Virus record (IMG/VR): IMGVR_UViG_2695420596_000005
Span: 1-28,070 of that record
Reading direction: 5' to 3' (one strand)
Length of the DNA: 28,070 nt
Origin: a virus
Lineage: Duplodnaviria; Heunggongvirae; Uroviricota; Caudoviricetes
In this document: piece by piece, positions 17,650 through 26,737 of the stretch
Layout: each line of letters starts with the position of its first letter
How positions within the stretch are numbered: the first letter of the stretch is position 1
The notes under the pieces: generated by a model
The model's input: only the letters and a program-made list of their open reading frames with translations
Databases searched by the model: none
Told to the model about the DNA's origin: nothing
Program-made: the position numbers and the translations under genes

Positions 17650-18702
17650 TTAGCTGTCGGCGAACTTCAGGCCAGTAACCATCGCGCACTTGCCATAGTC
17701 TTCAACGACATAAGCGTCATTGATGGACTGGTAGGTGGCGATGCGGTTGTATTCCGGCTCGTCTTTCATCAGGCGACGCATTGAACCTTTCTGCCAGTAA
17801 ATCGACAGGTTGTTGAACGAGGTGATCAGCATCGTTGCATCCGGGAAGAACGGTGCAAGGAACACGCCCAGCCCGCCAATGGTGCGCGATGACAGGATGA
17901 GCTGCCCGGCAAGTAATTCCGCATTGGGATTCTGGCCGCTGATGCTGTTCAGCACGGGCAGACGCAGCGAGTTAAACAGGTTGCGCCCCATAATCACCAC
18001 AAGGTCGTCAGCTTCCTTGTGCCATTCATCCAGCAGGGATGAACGCGCGTCCTGTACCAGTGCATCAGCGTTCGCATACTTACCCGCGTGCGCCACGGTG
18101 TTGTCCATGTTGCGGGAGGTCAGCGTCACGTCATTCATAACGCGTTCGCTGGCGTCGGTTCTGATGTGCTCCAGCCATCCCACGTTAACGTCCTGAAGCA
18201 GCTTGTTGGTGCTGAAGTTGGACTCATCCGCGTGAGACGTGCCGTTGAAACCGATCATGATGCGGTCAAGCGCCACCTGCCGGGCAATCTGTGCGCTGAT
18301 GCGGGACTGAAAATCAGGATGTGCCGCCCAGGCATCAAGCTGCGGATATGAAATAAACGTGTCGTAGTTCACCTGTTCGCACTGGTATTTGCGGTTTTTC
18401 AGATCAACCACGTTATTCGGGTTACGGCGTTTTGTGCCGTCATAACCGGTATTCGTGCGTGCAATTGGCCCGGTGGTGTCCAGGAGGATTTTTTCGCCTT
18501 TCTGGTCGGTCACGCCGATCACGTTAATTCTTTTTGTAAATTCGGTGCTTTCCTTTGAGGCGTTTCCAAAACGCTGCTGCACCGAGGGTTCCACGGTAAA
18601 TCGCGATACCAGTGCGGAAACCGGAATATTATTAAGCGACGCCTGCTGCGCCATATAGCAACCCAGCTTGTTGCGGGTAATATCTGACATCACCAGATTC
18701 AT
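17650..18702 (-). CDS. N: Major capsid protein, P2 gpN-like
   Basis: 350 aa; FTVEPSV, IMIGFNG, MLITSFNNLSIYW, YVVEDY motifs align with remembered P2 N. Confidence 0.9.
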   Translation of the reverse strand: MNLVMSDITRNKLGCYMAQQASLNNIPVSALVSRFTVEPSVQQRFGNASKESTEFTKRINVIGVTDQKGEKILLDTTGPIARTNTGYDGTKRRNPNNVVDLKNRKYQCEQVNYDTFISYPQLDAWAAHPDFQSRISAQIARQVALDRIMIGFNGTSHADESNFSTNKLLQDVNVGWLEHIRTDASERVMNDVTLTSRNMDNTVAHAGKYANADALVQDARSSLLDEWHKEADDLVVIMGRNLFNSLRLPVLNSISGQNPNAELLAGQLILSSRTIGGLGVFLAPFFPDATMLITSFNNLSIYWQKGSMRRLMKDEPEYNRIATYQSINDAYVVEDYGKCAMVTGLKFADS

Positions 18703-18725
18703 AAAAAATTTGCTCCTTTGTCTTA

Positions 18726-19562
18726 TCAGAAGTCAGCCAGCTGGTCGGAGGCTGCACCTGTTGCGGTGAACCGGTTCTGCGGATCGCCGTCCTGCGTGCG
18801 CAGTTTTTCCTTCAGTGCTGCCAGCTCTGTGGTCAGTGACGTAATTTTCTGGCGGTCCTGCTGATGGCGGGTTTCCAGCACATTAAAACGGTCGATAATG
18901 TCGGCCTGTGACGTTGCGACGCCTTCCACCGCTTCCTGAATACGGGAAAAACTGGCGTCATCCGCTTTGCGGCCACGGCCAATAATCCCCATTACGCGGT
19001 TAAACCACTGGGTGCCTTCTTCCTGGCGTTGTTCTGCCATTTCGATGATTTCAGACTCGATGGCTTCGGAGATAAGCGGCGCTTCACCCTGGATACTGTT
19101 GAACGTCATCACCGCCTGACGTTGCTGTGCCGTGAATTTCAGGCGCTCAGTGCCCAGGCTTGCCGGGGTGTCGGTCATCGCCAGCCCGACCAGATAGGCG
19201 CGCCCGTTAACGGAGAACTGCGGGTGCAGTTCGATACTGGAATAGATTTTCTTGCCGTCCGCGACAAGCTGCTTCATGCGCTCGGTCGGTTCGATTTCTG
19301 CATACAGCGCAGTACGTCCGGCCAGCGGACCTTCCGTAATGTCTTCCGTACTCAGTGCGGTGACATCGCCCATTGCGGAAAATTCGCTTGACGGGCATGG
19401 CGAGAGATAGTGCTCAACGTTCACGCGGGCAGCGTAAACATCCGGGTTGAAGTTCTCGGCGGCTTCACGCAGATGCACCGGACTGATTTCACGGCCATCA
19501 ACAGTTGATCCGGAGACAGCCACGCGAAACTTTTTGCGGGATGTCTTTTTTTCATTAGCCAT
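18726..19562 (-). CDS. O: Capsid scaffolding protein, P2 gpO-like
   Basis: Start placed at MANEKKTSRKKFRVAVSG (ATG 19562, GAGGGG Shine-Dalgarno); similar to the remembered P2 O N-terminus and central YLVGLAMTDTPASLGTE. Confidence 0.8.
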   Translation of the reverse strand: MANEKKTSRKKFRVAVSGSTVDGREISPVHLREAAENFNPDVYAARVNVEHYLSPCPSSEFSAMGDVTALSTEDITEGPLAGRTALYAEIEPTERMKQLVADGKKIYSSIELHPQFSVNGRAYLVGLAMTDTPASLGTERLKFTAQQRQAVMTFNSIQGEAPLISEAIESEIIEMAEQRQEEGTQWFNRVMGIIGRGRKADDASFSRIQEAVEGVATSQADIIDRFNVLETRHQQDRQKITSLTTELAALKEKLRTQDGDPQNRFTATGAASDQLADF

Positions 19563-19716
19563 AGTTTTTGCCCCTCTGACTGGTTCTTCAGTCATGATGG
19601 CAAAGCGTAACAGGCTGATACAAAGGGCTTTTGTTGTAAGAAAACGGCCAGAACAGGGGGTTAAGGAGAACAGTTTCGCGCGCGGGTAATCTTCCTGTAA
19701 TTACTCAGGGGGAGCA

Positions 19717-21468
19717 ATGATTCAGGACGCTTTTGTGCGCCAGCGTGCGCGGCAACTTTACTGGCAGGGTTATCCGCCCGCAGAAATATCACGTCTGATG
19801 GGAATAAACCCGAACACGATTTATGCGTGGAAAAAACGTGACCAGTGGGATGAAACGCCACCCGTGCAGCGTGTCACGCAGTCCATCGATGCGCGTCTCA
19901 TCCAGCTTACTGAAAAACAGAATAAAACAGGCGGTGACTTTAAGGAAATAGACCTGCTGACCCGGCAGCTTAAAAAGCTGCATGATGGCCAGCCGGATGC
20001 GACGGCCGCAGGAAAGAAAGGCCGGGCGAAAAAACTCAAAAATCATTTCACGCCGGAACAGATTGCCGCACTGCGGGAAAAAATCATCAGCAGGCTGGAG
20101 TGGCATCAGCGGGGCTGGTTTGACTCCCTGACCCTTTGCAGGGAAGCCGGGATACGTAACAGGATGATCCTGAAATCCCGACAGATTGGGGCGACCTGGT
20201 ATTTTGCACAGGAAGCACTGCTGATGGCGCTGCGTGACGATGTGGCGCAACCTTACCAGCGTAACCAGATTTTTTTGTCTGCGTCGCGTCGTCAGGCGTT
20301 CCAGTTTAAAAGCATTATTCAGAAGGCCGCGGCTGAAGTTGATGTGGAGCTGAAAGGGGGCGATAAAATCATCCTCTCCAACGGCGCAGAGCTGCATTTT
20401 CTCGGCACTTCTGCTGCGTCGGCACAGTCCTATACGGGCAATTTTTATTTTGATGAATTTTTCTGGGTCAGTCGCTTTGCTGAACTGCGCAAGGTGGCTG
20501 GCGCTATGGCAACCCTCAGCGGACTGCGGCGCACCTACTTCTCCACGCCATCCACCGAAACGCACGAGGCATACGCCTACTGGAACGGCGACCGCTGGAA
20601 TGAGAAAAAGGCCTCGCATAAACGCCAGCGTTTTTCTGTGGACTGGAAAACGCTGCATAACGGGCTTATCTGCCCTGACCGGACGTGGCGGCAAATTGTC
20701 ACGCTGGAAGATGTGGTTAATCACGGCTGGAAACACACTGATATCGACGAAATTCGTGATGAAAACACCGAAGACGAGTTCCTCAATCTCTATATGTGTG
20801 AGTTTGTCCGCGAAGGGGAATCGGCATTTAACCTGAATATCCTGATTGGCTGCGGTGTTGACGGATACGACGACTGGAAAGACTGGAAACCTTTTGCTCC
20901 CCGCCCGATGGGGAATCGTCCGGTATGGATTGGGTATGACGCAAACGGCAGTAGTGGCAACGGCGACAGCGGCGCTGTGTCCGTGGTGGTTCCTCCGGCT
21001 GTTCCTGGTGGCCGTTTTCGAACGGTGGAGACGCGACGCGTTCAAGGGCTGGAGTTTGAAGAACAGGCCAGAGTCATTGAAGAGTTCACGTATCGCTACA
21101 ACGTGGAACACATCGGCATTGATGTGACGGGCGGGAACGGGGAGGCTGTTTATCAGATAGTGAAACGGTTTTTCCCTGCTGCTATTCCGTACACCTTCAC
21201 GCTGTCATCAAAACGGTCGCTGGTACTGAAAATGCTGCACATAATGCGTGCCGGGCGGTGGGAATACGATCGCGCCGAACGCGAGCTGGTCGCGGCCTTT
21301 AACGCCGTGCGTAAGGTGAAAACACCGGGCGGCTTTATCACTTACGAAACGGACCGCGCGAGGGGGATCAGCCACGGCGACCTTGCGTGGGCAACCATGC
21401 TTGCTGTCATTAACGAACCGATTGGCGGCGAAGGAGAAAACGAGCGTTTCACGGTTATGGAGTTCTGA
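19717..21468 (+). CDS. P: Terminase large (ATPase) subunit, P2 gpP-like
   Basis: 583 aa, divergent from O across a ~150-bp promoter region; ATPase-like KSRQIGATW and YFDEFFW motifs; stop overlaps Q start. Confidence 0.9.
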   Translation: MIQDAFVRQRARQLYWQGYPPAEISRLMGINPNTIYAWKKRDQWDETPPVQRVTQSIDARLIQLTEKQNKTGGDFKEIDLLTRQLKKLHDGQPDATAAGKKGRAKKLKNHFTPEQIAALREKIISRLEWHQRGWFDSLTLCREAGIRNRMILKSRQIGATWYFAQEALLMALRDDVAQPYQRNQIFLSASRRQAFQFKSIIQKAAAEVDVELKGGDKIILSNGAELHFLGTSAASAQSYTGNFYFDEFFWVSRFAELRKVAGAMATLSGLRRTYFSTPSTETHEAYAYWNGDRWNEKKASHKRQRFSVDWKTLHNGLICPDRTWRQIVTLEDVVNHGWKHTDIDEIRDENTEDEFLNLYMCEFVREGESAFNLNILIGCGVDGYDDWKDWKPFAPRPMGNRPVWIGYDANGSSGNGDSGAVSVVVPPAVPGGRFRTVETRRVQGLEFEEQARVIEEFTYRYNVEHIGIDVTGGNGEAVYQIVKRFFPAAIPYTFTLSSKRSLVLKMLHIMRAGRWEYDRAERELVAAFNAVRKVKTPGGFITYETDRARGISHGDLAWATMLAVINEPIGGEGENERFTVMEF

Positions 21469-22514
21469 TGAGCAGAAAAAACAAAAAAGTGCGCATGAGT
21501 TCACGCATTGATCTCGCTGATGCGCTCAGGAAAGAATCATCGCTCAGTGCATTCACATTTGATGGTCCTTATCGCCTGACCGGGCATGACCTGCTGGACA
21601 ATATGTACTGTGCTGATAACGGGCGGTGGTATGAAACCCCGGTGGACTGGTACGGTCTGGCAAGAGCAGCCCGGCAAACGTCCTGGCATCAGTCTGCGCT
21701 TTACTTTAAGCGCAATGTATTACTCGGTTGCTACATCCCGCACCCGCTGCTTTCCCGGCAGGATTTCTCGGCGCTGGCGCTGGACTGGTTTGTGTTCGGT
21801 AATGCATTCCTTGAGCTTCGAAGCAATATGCTCGGCGAACCGCTTAAATTACGGCACGCCCTGGCGAAATACATGCGACGCGGAAGCGATCTTGAATCAT
21901 GGTGGTATGTGCAGGATGGTAAGGACGCGTTTCAGTTTCGCCCTGGCAAAGTATGCCACCTGATGAATCCGGATATTAACCAGGAAATCTACGGCATGCC
22001 GGAATATCTTGGCGCATTACTCTCGGCCAGCCTTTCTCATTCGGCGGACATGTTCAGAAAACTGTACTACGACAACGGATCCCACGCCGGGTGCATCATC
22101 TACATCGGTGCAGCGCAGGTAAACCGCGAAAGCATGGACTCCCTGAAAGAAACGTTACAGGGTGCGCGTGGTGGTGGTGCATTTAAAAACGTGCTCATTC
22201 ATGCGCCCAACGGGGGCAAAGAGGGGGTGCAAATTTTGCCGTTCCAGCAGATCACCGCAAAGGATGAGTTCATGAATGTTAAGGCGGCATCCCGTGATGA
22301 TGTACTGGCTGCGCACCGCGTTCCGCCGCAACTGATGGGGGCGATGCCGGGCGAAAAAAGTGCGTTTGGTGATGTGGAGAAGGCCGCGCGGGTTTATGCA
22401 ATTAACGAGCTGATGCCCGTTATGGAGGCTATGAAGCACATCAATGACTGGCTTGGCGAAGAGGTGATCCGCTTTAACCCTTACGCACTGTTAGACACCC
22501 AGCCCACATCCTGA
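21468..22514 (+). CDS. Q: Portal protein, P2 gpQ-like
   Basis: 348 aa, translationally coupled to P, last gene before the cos-proximal non-coding region. Confidence 0.85.
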   Translation: MSRKNKKVRMSSRIDLADALRKESSLSAFTFDGPYRLTGHDLLDNMYCADNGRWYETPVDWYGLARAARQTSWHQSALYFKRNVLLGCYIPHPLLSRQDFSALALDWFVFGNAFLELRSNMLGEPLKLRHALAKYMRRGSDLESWWYVQDGKDAFQFRPGKVCHLMNPDINQEIYGMPEYLGALLSASLSHSADMFRKLYYDNGSHAGCIIYIGAAQVNRESMDSLKETLQGARGGGAFKNVLIHAPNGGKEGVQILPFQQITAKDEFMNVKAASRDDVLAAHRVPPQLMGAMPGEKSAFGDVEKAARVYAINELMPVMEAMKHINDWLGEEVIRFNPYALLDTQPTS

Positions 22515-22542
22515 CGCGCTTCGCTTGTCTGCTGCTTCGTCG

Positions 22543-22567
22543 GGGCATAAAAAATTTATGCCCCGAC
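22543..22567 (+). terminator. Hairpin downstream of portal gene
   Basis: CGGGGCAT-aaaaaattt-ATGCCCCG; no clear U-tract, so terminator function is uncertain. Confidence 0.35.
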
Positions 22568-22983
22568 TCTCCAGCTCCTGTATCAATCAGATAATTTCAC
22601 GACGTCTTCCAGCTTATCGCCATCATCGACGGTCAGGCTCTTACGCAATCCCACCGCGTTGACTGCATGTTCTCGCCGCCTCAGTGCGATTTTGACGGCC
22701 TTATCTGTCACCCCATCAAATCAAAAGCCCTCACGTCTTTTTCACGCTCAGCGTGAGAAATACAGCCATTCTGTTGTGTCGCTGCGACATCGTTCAGGGG
22801 ATGCTATTTACCCCCTGAAACGCGGGCTGTTCCCCCGTCACCTGCGCGCAGAAAAAGCGCGTTTTTTTGTGCACGCACGGATCCCTGACGGATCCAGCCG
22901 CCACGCGGGCCAGAAGGGCAAAAATTCGTTCAAAAAAATTGTGCAAATTTGTGCACTATCGTGCATGTAAATTCATAAAAAAA

Positions 22984-23011
22984 TTACAGAAAAAAGGCCG
23001 CTTTCGCGGCC
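22984..23011 (-). terminator. Rho-independent terminator of the ATPase-protease operon
   Basis: GGCCGC-tttc-GCGGCC stem-loop, 8 nt past the protease stop, followed on the minus strand by TTTTTCTGTAATTTTTTT. Confidence 0.6.
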
Positions 23012-23018
23012 ATAAAAA

Positions 23019-25223
23019 TTACGTGTCGAGAGAAATTTGTGTGCGCAGTTGAATAGGATTCAGAATTGTATATCGCTGGCGAATAACATTATATAAATCA
23101 AAGTCTTTTACCCTTACGCTTATTACCATCGCATATTGCATATCAGGGGCTGAAACTCCCTTAACATGGCGCGAAGAATCTCGGGCATGATACCGTATAT
23201 CAAAAACTGGATCGCTTAATAATGTATCAGCACTGAACTTTTTGCTTCTGTGCAAACAAGTTTCCCACTTATGACCTTCACTCCTACACTCCCTTTCAGT
23301 CTTATACTGGCTTTTTTGACCAAAGAAATCATCTGTATCGGTATCGTCAAGGCCGAATCTTGGGCGGAAAGTTACCTGCATACCGGCCCTTGTATAGTTT
23401 ACTGAATGTTCAGGATCTACTGGGGTTTGAATGCATAAAGTAGCGGTAAGCTCAAATGCTTCGTCAAAGGGAACATCAGGGAATGGGATCGGTGCCCTTA
23501 AATATTTATTTTTTGCTAATGAACCATAGTAAATTACTGTAGCAGTATCATTTGGACAATCGATTAAAACGTTAGGATCCTCACTAAACCGTCCCCAACC
23601 GATATGTTCACGCGAATATTTTCTTGATGTTTCAGCATGATGAACAAGCAACGCTTTCAATGCAATGGTGTTCAATGGAGTTCCTGATAGAGCCGCAACT
23701 CCAGCGGCCGTTCTCAATGCTAATGGAGAGGCATAACTGGTTCCTTGAACTCCAACTATAGAACCAAGCAGAGGGTTGTAAGTGTAAAAAGGCTCGTCGT
23801 CGCTTCCACCAAAAATAACACCATCAGGTTTAACGAATCCGGGGCTTCTGCCTGGCCCAATACAGCTATATGGTGCCCGCCCCCATTTTTCACCGCTACG
23901 ATCAGCAGCACCAATCGCTAGCGCGTTTACCATATCGGAAGGAGGTTGTATTCTCGCTGCATCACCGTCCTCATTGCCATCATTCCCAACAGCAACAGTA
24001 AGTAATATCCCATGCTTAGCACAGATTTGGTCTAAAACAGCAGTCCATACATGAACCTCATCATCACCAATTGGAAGATGAGGACCAATACTTAGATTAG
24101 CGAACTTATAGTCACCACTATCAAGAACGGACTGTATTTTCTTAAGGACATCAAATAAATCCCAATTGCCATTGTCACCTGATGTCGGTGAAAGAACTCT
24201 ATAATGATCTACATTCATAAACGGTCTTTTAAAAGAAGGTGCATTTTCCTCGACACGTCCGAATAAGAAAGTGGATGTCACTTCATTACCGTGCTGCAAT
24301 AATAATCCGCTTGTTTCTTTGGTGTCTGGATACACGTATTCCGTAACCCAATTACTCAAGTCAGCTGTCCCCAAGCCACCATCAAAAATGGCAATACGTT
24401 CGGATTCAAGAACAGCTTTAGAATTAGGGAGCTCCGGTGTAACTATATTAGATAACTTTCTGACAATGTTCGGCTGAGTACACCTGAGAGACGGCATCGG
24501 CCGCACAACGCGGATTAATGAAAAATCGAGTGTTTTTTTCATATCTTCAGGTCGCGCGTGTGCAACGATGAAAGTCAGCCCACCAACTTGGATTCTACTT
24601 TTGTAATCAACAGAGACATCATATTGTGCCGCATAGCTAATATAGGCTTTAACGATATCATCGTCTTCAACCCCAGCATGAAGAACCACTTCAAATTTTA
24701 TCAAATCACTTTTCGCATGCTCAAAATTGCGTGCTCTCTCTTTTCCTTCAAAAAAGCTAACACTTTCAATTTCGATCAAATCCTTTTGTACGCCCTTCGG
24801 AGCTGTAGGGGAATTTAAAATTTCCTTAAATCTTATAACGGCATCATCATCACCGCTAACAAACAGTTGCGCCGTTACTAAGTCCTTATTCTGATCGCAC
24901 TGACGTGCCGCTTTCCGTGGGCGAATGATTACCTGACGGCTGCCGACATCCCGTAAACCTGTCGCTCTAAGCAATCCTTCCGGAAAGTAGCTTTTACCCA
25001 AAAACGCTGGGTGTAAAGTTAAATTGAATACACTCTCCCCCCTTGGCTTAGCCGCATCATCCAAACTGCGAAAGCGTGAGAGTAAAGTATCAATCTCTGG
25101 GTTTAAATGCTCCCTTACTTCTTCAAGAGTATAGGGATAGCGCTTACCATCCCTTCCTTTAGGCAAAGGTTCCTTTTTTGTCAGAACATGACCGTTACCT
25201 AAAAGTAAGTTCCTTTCCATCAT
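23019..25223 (-). CDS. S8 subtilisin-family serine protease with extra N- and C-terminal domains (IetS-like)
   Basis: 734 aa. Catalytic-triad motifs in subtilase order: Asp (RIAIFDGGLG), His (LLQHGNEVTS), Ser (GTSYASPLA), plus VAVGNDG. About 270 aa N-terminal and 250 aa C-terminal have no motif I recognise. ATG overlaps the upstream ATPase stop (ATGA). Confidence 0.8.
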   Translation of the reverse strand: MMERNLLLGNGHVLTKKEPLPKGRDGKRYPYTLEEVREHLNPEIDTLLSRFRSLDDAAKPRGESVFNLTLHPAFLGKSYFPEGLLRATGLRDVGSRQVIIRPRKAARQCDQNKDLVTAQLFVSGDDDAVIRFKEILNSPTAPKGVQKDLIEIESVSFFEGKERARNFEHAKSDLIKFEVVLHAGVEDDDIVKAYISYAAQYDVSVDYKSRIQVGGLTFIVAHARPEDMKKTLDFSLIRVVRPMPSLRCTQPNIVRKLSNIVTPELPNSKAVLESERIAIFDGGLGTADLSNWVTEYVYPDTKETSGLLLQHGNEVTSTFLFGRVEENAPSFKRPFMNVDHYRVLSPTSGDNGNWDLFDVLKKIQSVLDSGDYKFANLSIGPHLPIGDDEVHVWTAVLDQICAKHGILLTVAVGNDGNEDGDAARIQPPSDMVNALAIGAADRSGEKWGRAPYSCIGPGRSPGFVKPDGVIFGGSDDEPFYTYNPLLGSIVGVQGTSYASPLALRTAAGVAALSGTPLNTIALKALLVHHAETSRKYSREHIGWGRFSEDPNVLIDCPNDTATVIYYGSLAKNKYLRAPIPFPDVPFDEAFELTATLCIQTPVDPEHSVNYTRAGMQVTFRPRFGLDDTDTDDFFGQKSQYKTERECRSEGHKWETCLHRSKKFSADTLLSDPVFDIRYHARDSSRHVKGVSAPDMQYAMVISVRVKDFDLYNVIRQRYTILNPIQLRTQISLDT

Positions 25224-26302
25224 TTAATCCCCCACTTTTGTAATTTATTCGCGATTGTTGGATGTGAAACACCAACTAATTCAGCTATCTTCCTATTTGA
25301 AAAACCGTCAAAATGATATTTAATTATATTGAGATCATTATCGCTAAACTCATCCAATGAAACCCTCTCCGTAATTACGGCTTCTATTAATGAGCTTTCA
25401 AATGGAATATTTCTAAGTACCTCATTCTTTTTGGAGAAATTCAAAATACGGTTAATGATGGCAAAGGACATGCCATCTAATAATGGTGCAAGTTTTTTAG
25501 ATAGTTCAGGTTCAATATTATGATTGACTAAATATCTATCTATCAGTTCTACTGATGGCATATTAAATTTAAGGATGTGCTCAAATCGACGCCAAACAGC
25601 CGGATCTAAGATATCAGGGTGATTAGTCGCAGCAACAAGAAGCGAGGTCGCTGGCCACTCATCTATGGTCTGTAGGAGTACAGTAACTAAACGTTTTAAT
25701 TCTCCAACGTCCCTGTCATCATCACGTCTTTTTGCAACAGCATCAAATTCATCAAGCAAAAGGACACATGGTTTCTCTTTGGCATAATCCATAACGGATT
25801 TAATATTATTACCTGTTTTTCCCAAAAGAGAACTCATTACAGATGAGAGATCCAATGTTAAAAGAGGTAAATTTAACTTTGCAGCAAGCCAATGTGCGGA
25901 CATTGTTTTGCCTACGCCTGGCGGGCCAGAAAGTAAAACCGTCTTCACAGGTTCAAGACCAGCTTTGAACAAAGAAACCGCATTCTCTCTTTCGTTAACA
26001 ATTGACTCCAGCTTCTTTGAGATATCCGTATTCCATACAGGTTCTTCAACAATTGCGTTGACAGATGTTTCCTGCAAAAGGTTTCGTCTGGAGTCTCCAT
26101 CCACAGGCATAGGAGCCTTACTAGATGCCCCACGTAATACTGTTCCCTCAGCAACTAACGAAGCCAGCTTAGAAGCTAAAGCCTCATCATTTTTACGGAT
26201 GTTGTTAATCATCTTTCTGCATAGGAGTGTAAATGCATTTGCGTTGCCTTTGATGCCTTGCTCGATGAGTTTGAAAAGTTCATCCTCCCTCACGTTTACC
26301 AT
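25220..26302 (-). CDS. AAA+ ATPase with C-terminal helix-turn-helix (IetA-like)
   Basis: 360 aa. Walker A LLSGPPGVGKT, Walker B VLLLDEFDAV, sensor-1 LLVAATNHP. C-terminal NRKIAELVGVSHPTIANKLQKW resembles an HTH. GGGGG Shine-Dalgarno before ATG 26302. Confidence 0.8.
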   Translation of the reverse strand: MVNVREDELFKLIEQGIKGNANAFTLLCRKMINNIRKNDEALASKLASLVAEGTVLRGASSKAPMPVDGDSRRNLLQETSVNAIVEEPVWNTDISKKLESIVNERENAVSLFKAGLEPVKTVLLSGPPGVGKTMSAHWLAAKLNLPLLTLDLSSVMSSLLGKTGNNIKSVMDYAKEKPCVLLLDEFDAVAKRRDDDRDVGELKRLVTVLLQTIDEWPATSLLVAATNHPDILDPAVWRRFEHILKFNMPSVELIDRYLVNHNIEPELSKKLAPLLDGMSFAIINRILNFSKKNEVLRNIPFESSLIEAVITERVSLDEFSDNDLNIIKYHFDGFSNRKIAELVGVSHPTIANKLQKWGIK

Positions 26303-26359
26303 AAAACCCCCAATAAAACATCAGCTTGTGTAAGCTGGTAACTACATTAATGAAAATCA

Positions 26360-26396
26360 TTGACTAATGTTACCACTCTTGCTGGCGTAATTCAAA
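26360..26396 (-). promoter_or_regulatory. Candidate sigma-70 promoter for the ATPase-protease operon
   Basis: On the minus strand TTGAAT (-35, 26395-26390), 17-bp spacer, TAACAT (-10, 26372-26367), ~60 nt upstream of the ATPase start. Found by eye only. Confidence 0.3.
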
Positions 26397-26680
26397 GAGT
26401 ATCCTTACTTTTTTACTGTATGGATAATCAGCATAAAATCTATCCAGTTGGGTTACTCGAACATACTGTCAATACTTGTTTCCAACGATTGATCAGTTCT
26501 ACAGTTTTATCTCCTTCACTTGTGTTGGCAGCATGCTTATTCCTGAACCAGCTCGATTAACCCATGCTCATCGCGGTAGGGATAGAACGCTGCTAAACGC
26601 TCAAAGTCTGCCTGTTCGTGTGTGTTCAGGACTTTTGCCATGTGTGATAACCTGCGCTATCTGTGGTTGTTTGTGACTTG

Positions 26681-26732
26681 GTGTACTTATAAGTACACCT
26701 TGCGCGCAAGCTTAGTGTACTTATAGGAACAC
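26681..26732. promoter_or_regulatory. Operator-like repeats upstream of the repressor gene
   Basis: Perfect 18-bp palindrome GTGTACTTATAAGTACAC (26681-26698) and near-repeat GTGTACTTATAGGAACAC (26715-26732), centres 34 bp apart, ending 6 bp before the C start codon. Confidence 0.4.
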
Positions 26733-26737
26733 TGTCA

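Noticed and set aside
19563-19716. Possible Ogr-binding TGT-N12-ACA motifs in the divergent O/P promoter region
   Set aside because: By eye I find only ACA-N12-TGT and off-spacing matches; it needs a proper motif scan, so it is not reported as a feature.
19789-21111. 440-aa ORF on the minus strand inside the terminase large-subunit gene
   Set aside because: Entirely antisense to a well-supported conserved gene; Arg/Pro/His-rich low-complexity translation typical of spurious antisense ORFs in GC-rich coding DNA; no ribosome-binding site.
22659-22970. 103-aa plus-strand ORF in the cos-proximal region
   Set aside because: No ribosome-binding site, Arg/Ser-rich low-complexity translation, and it overlaps palindromes and hairpins that suggest the region is non-coding.
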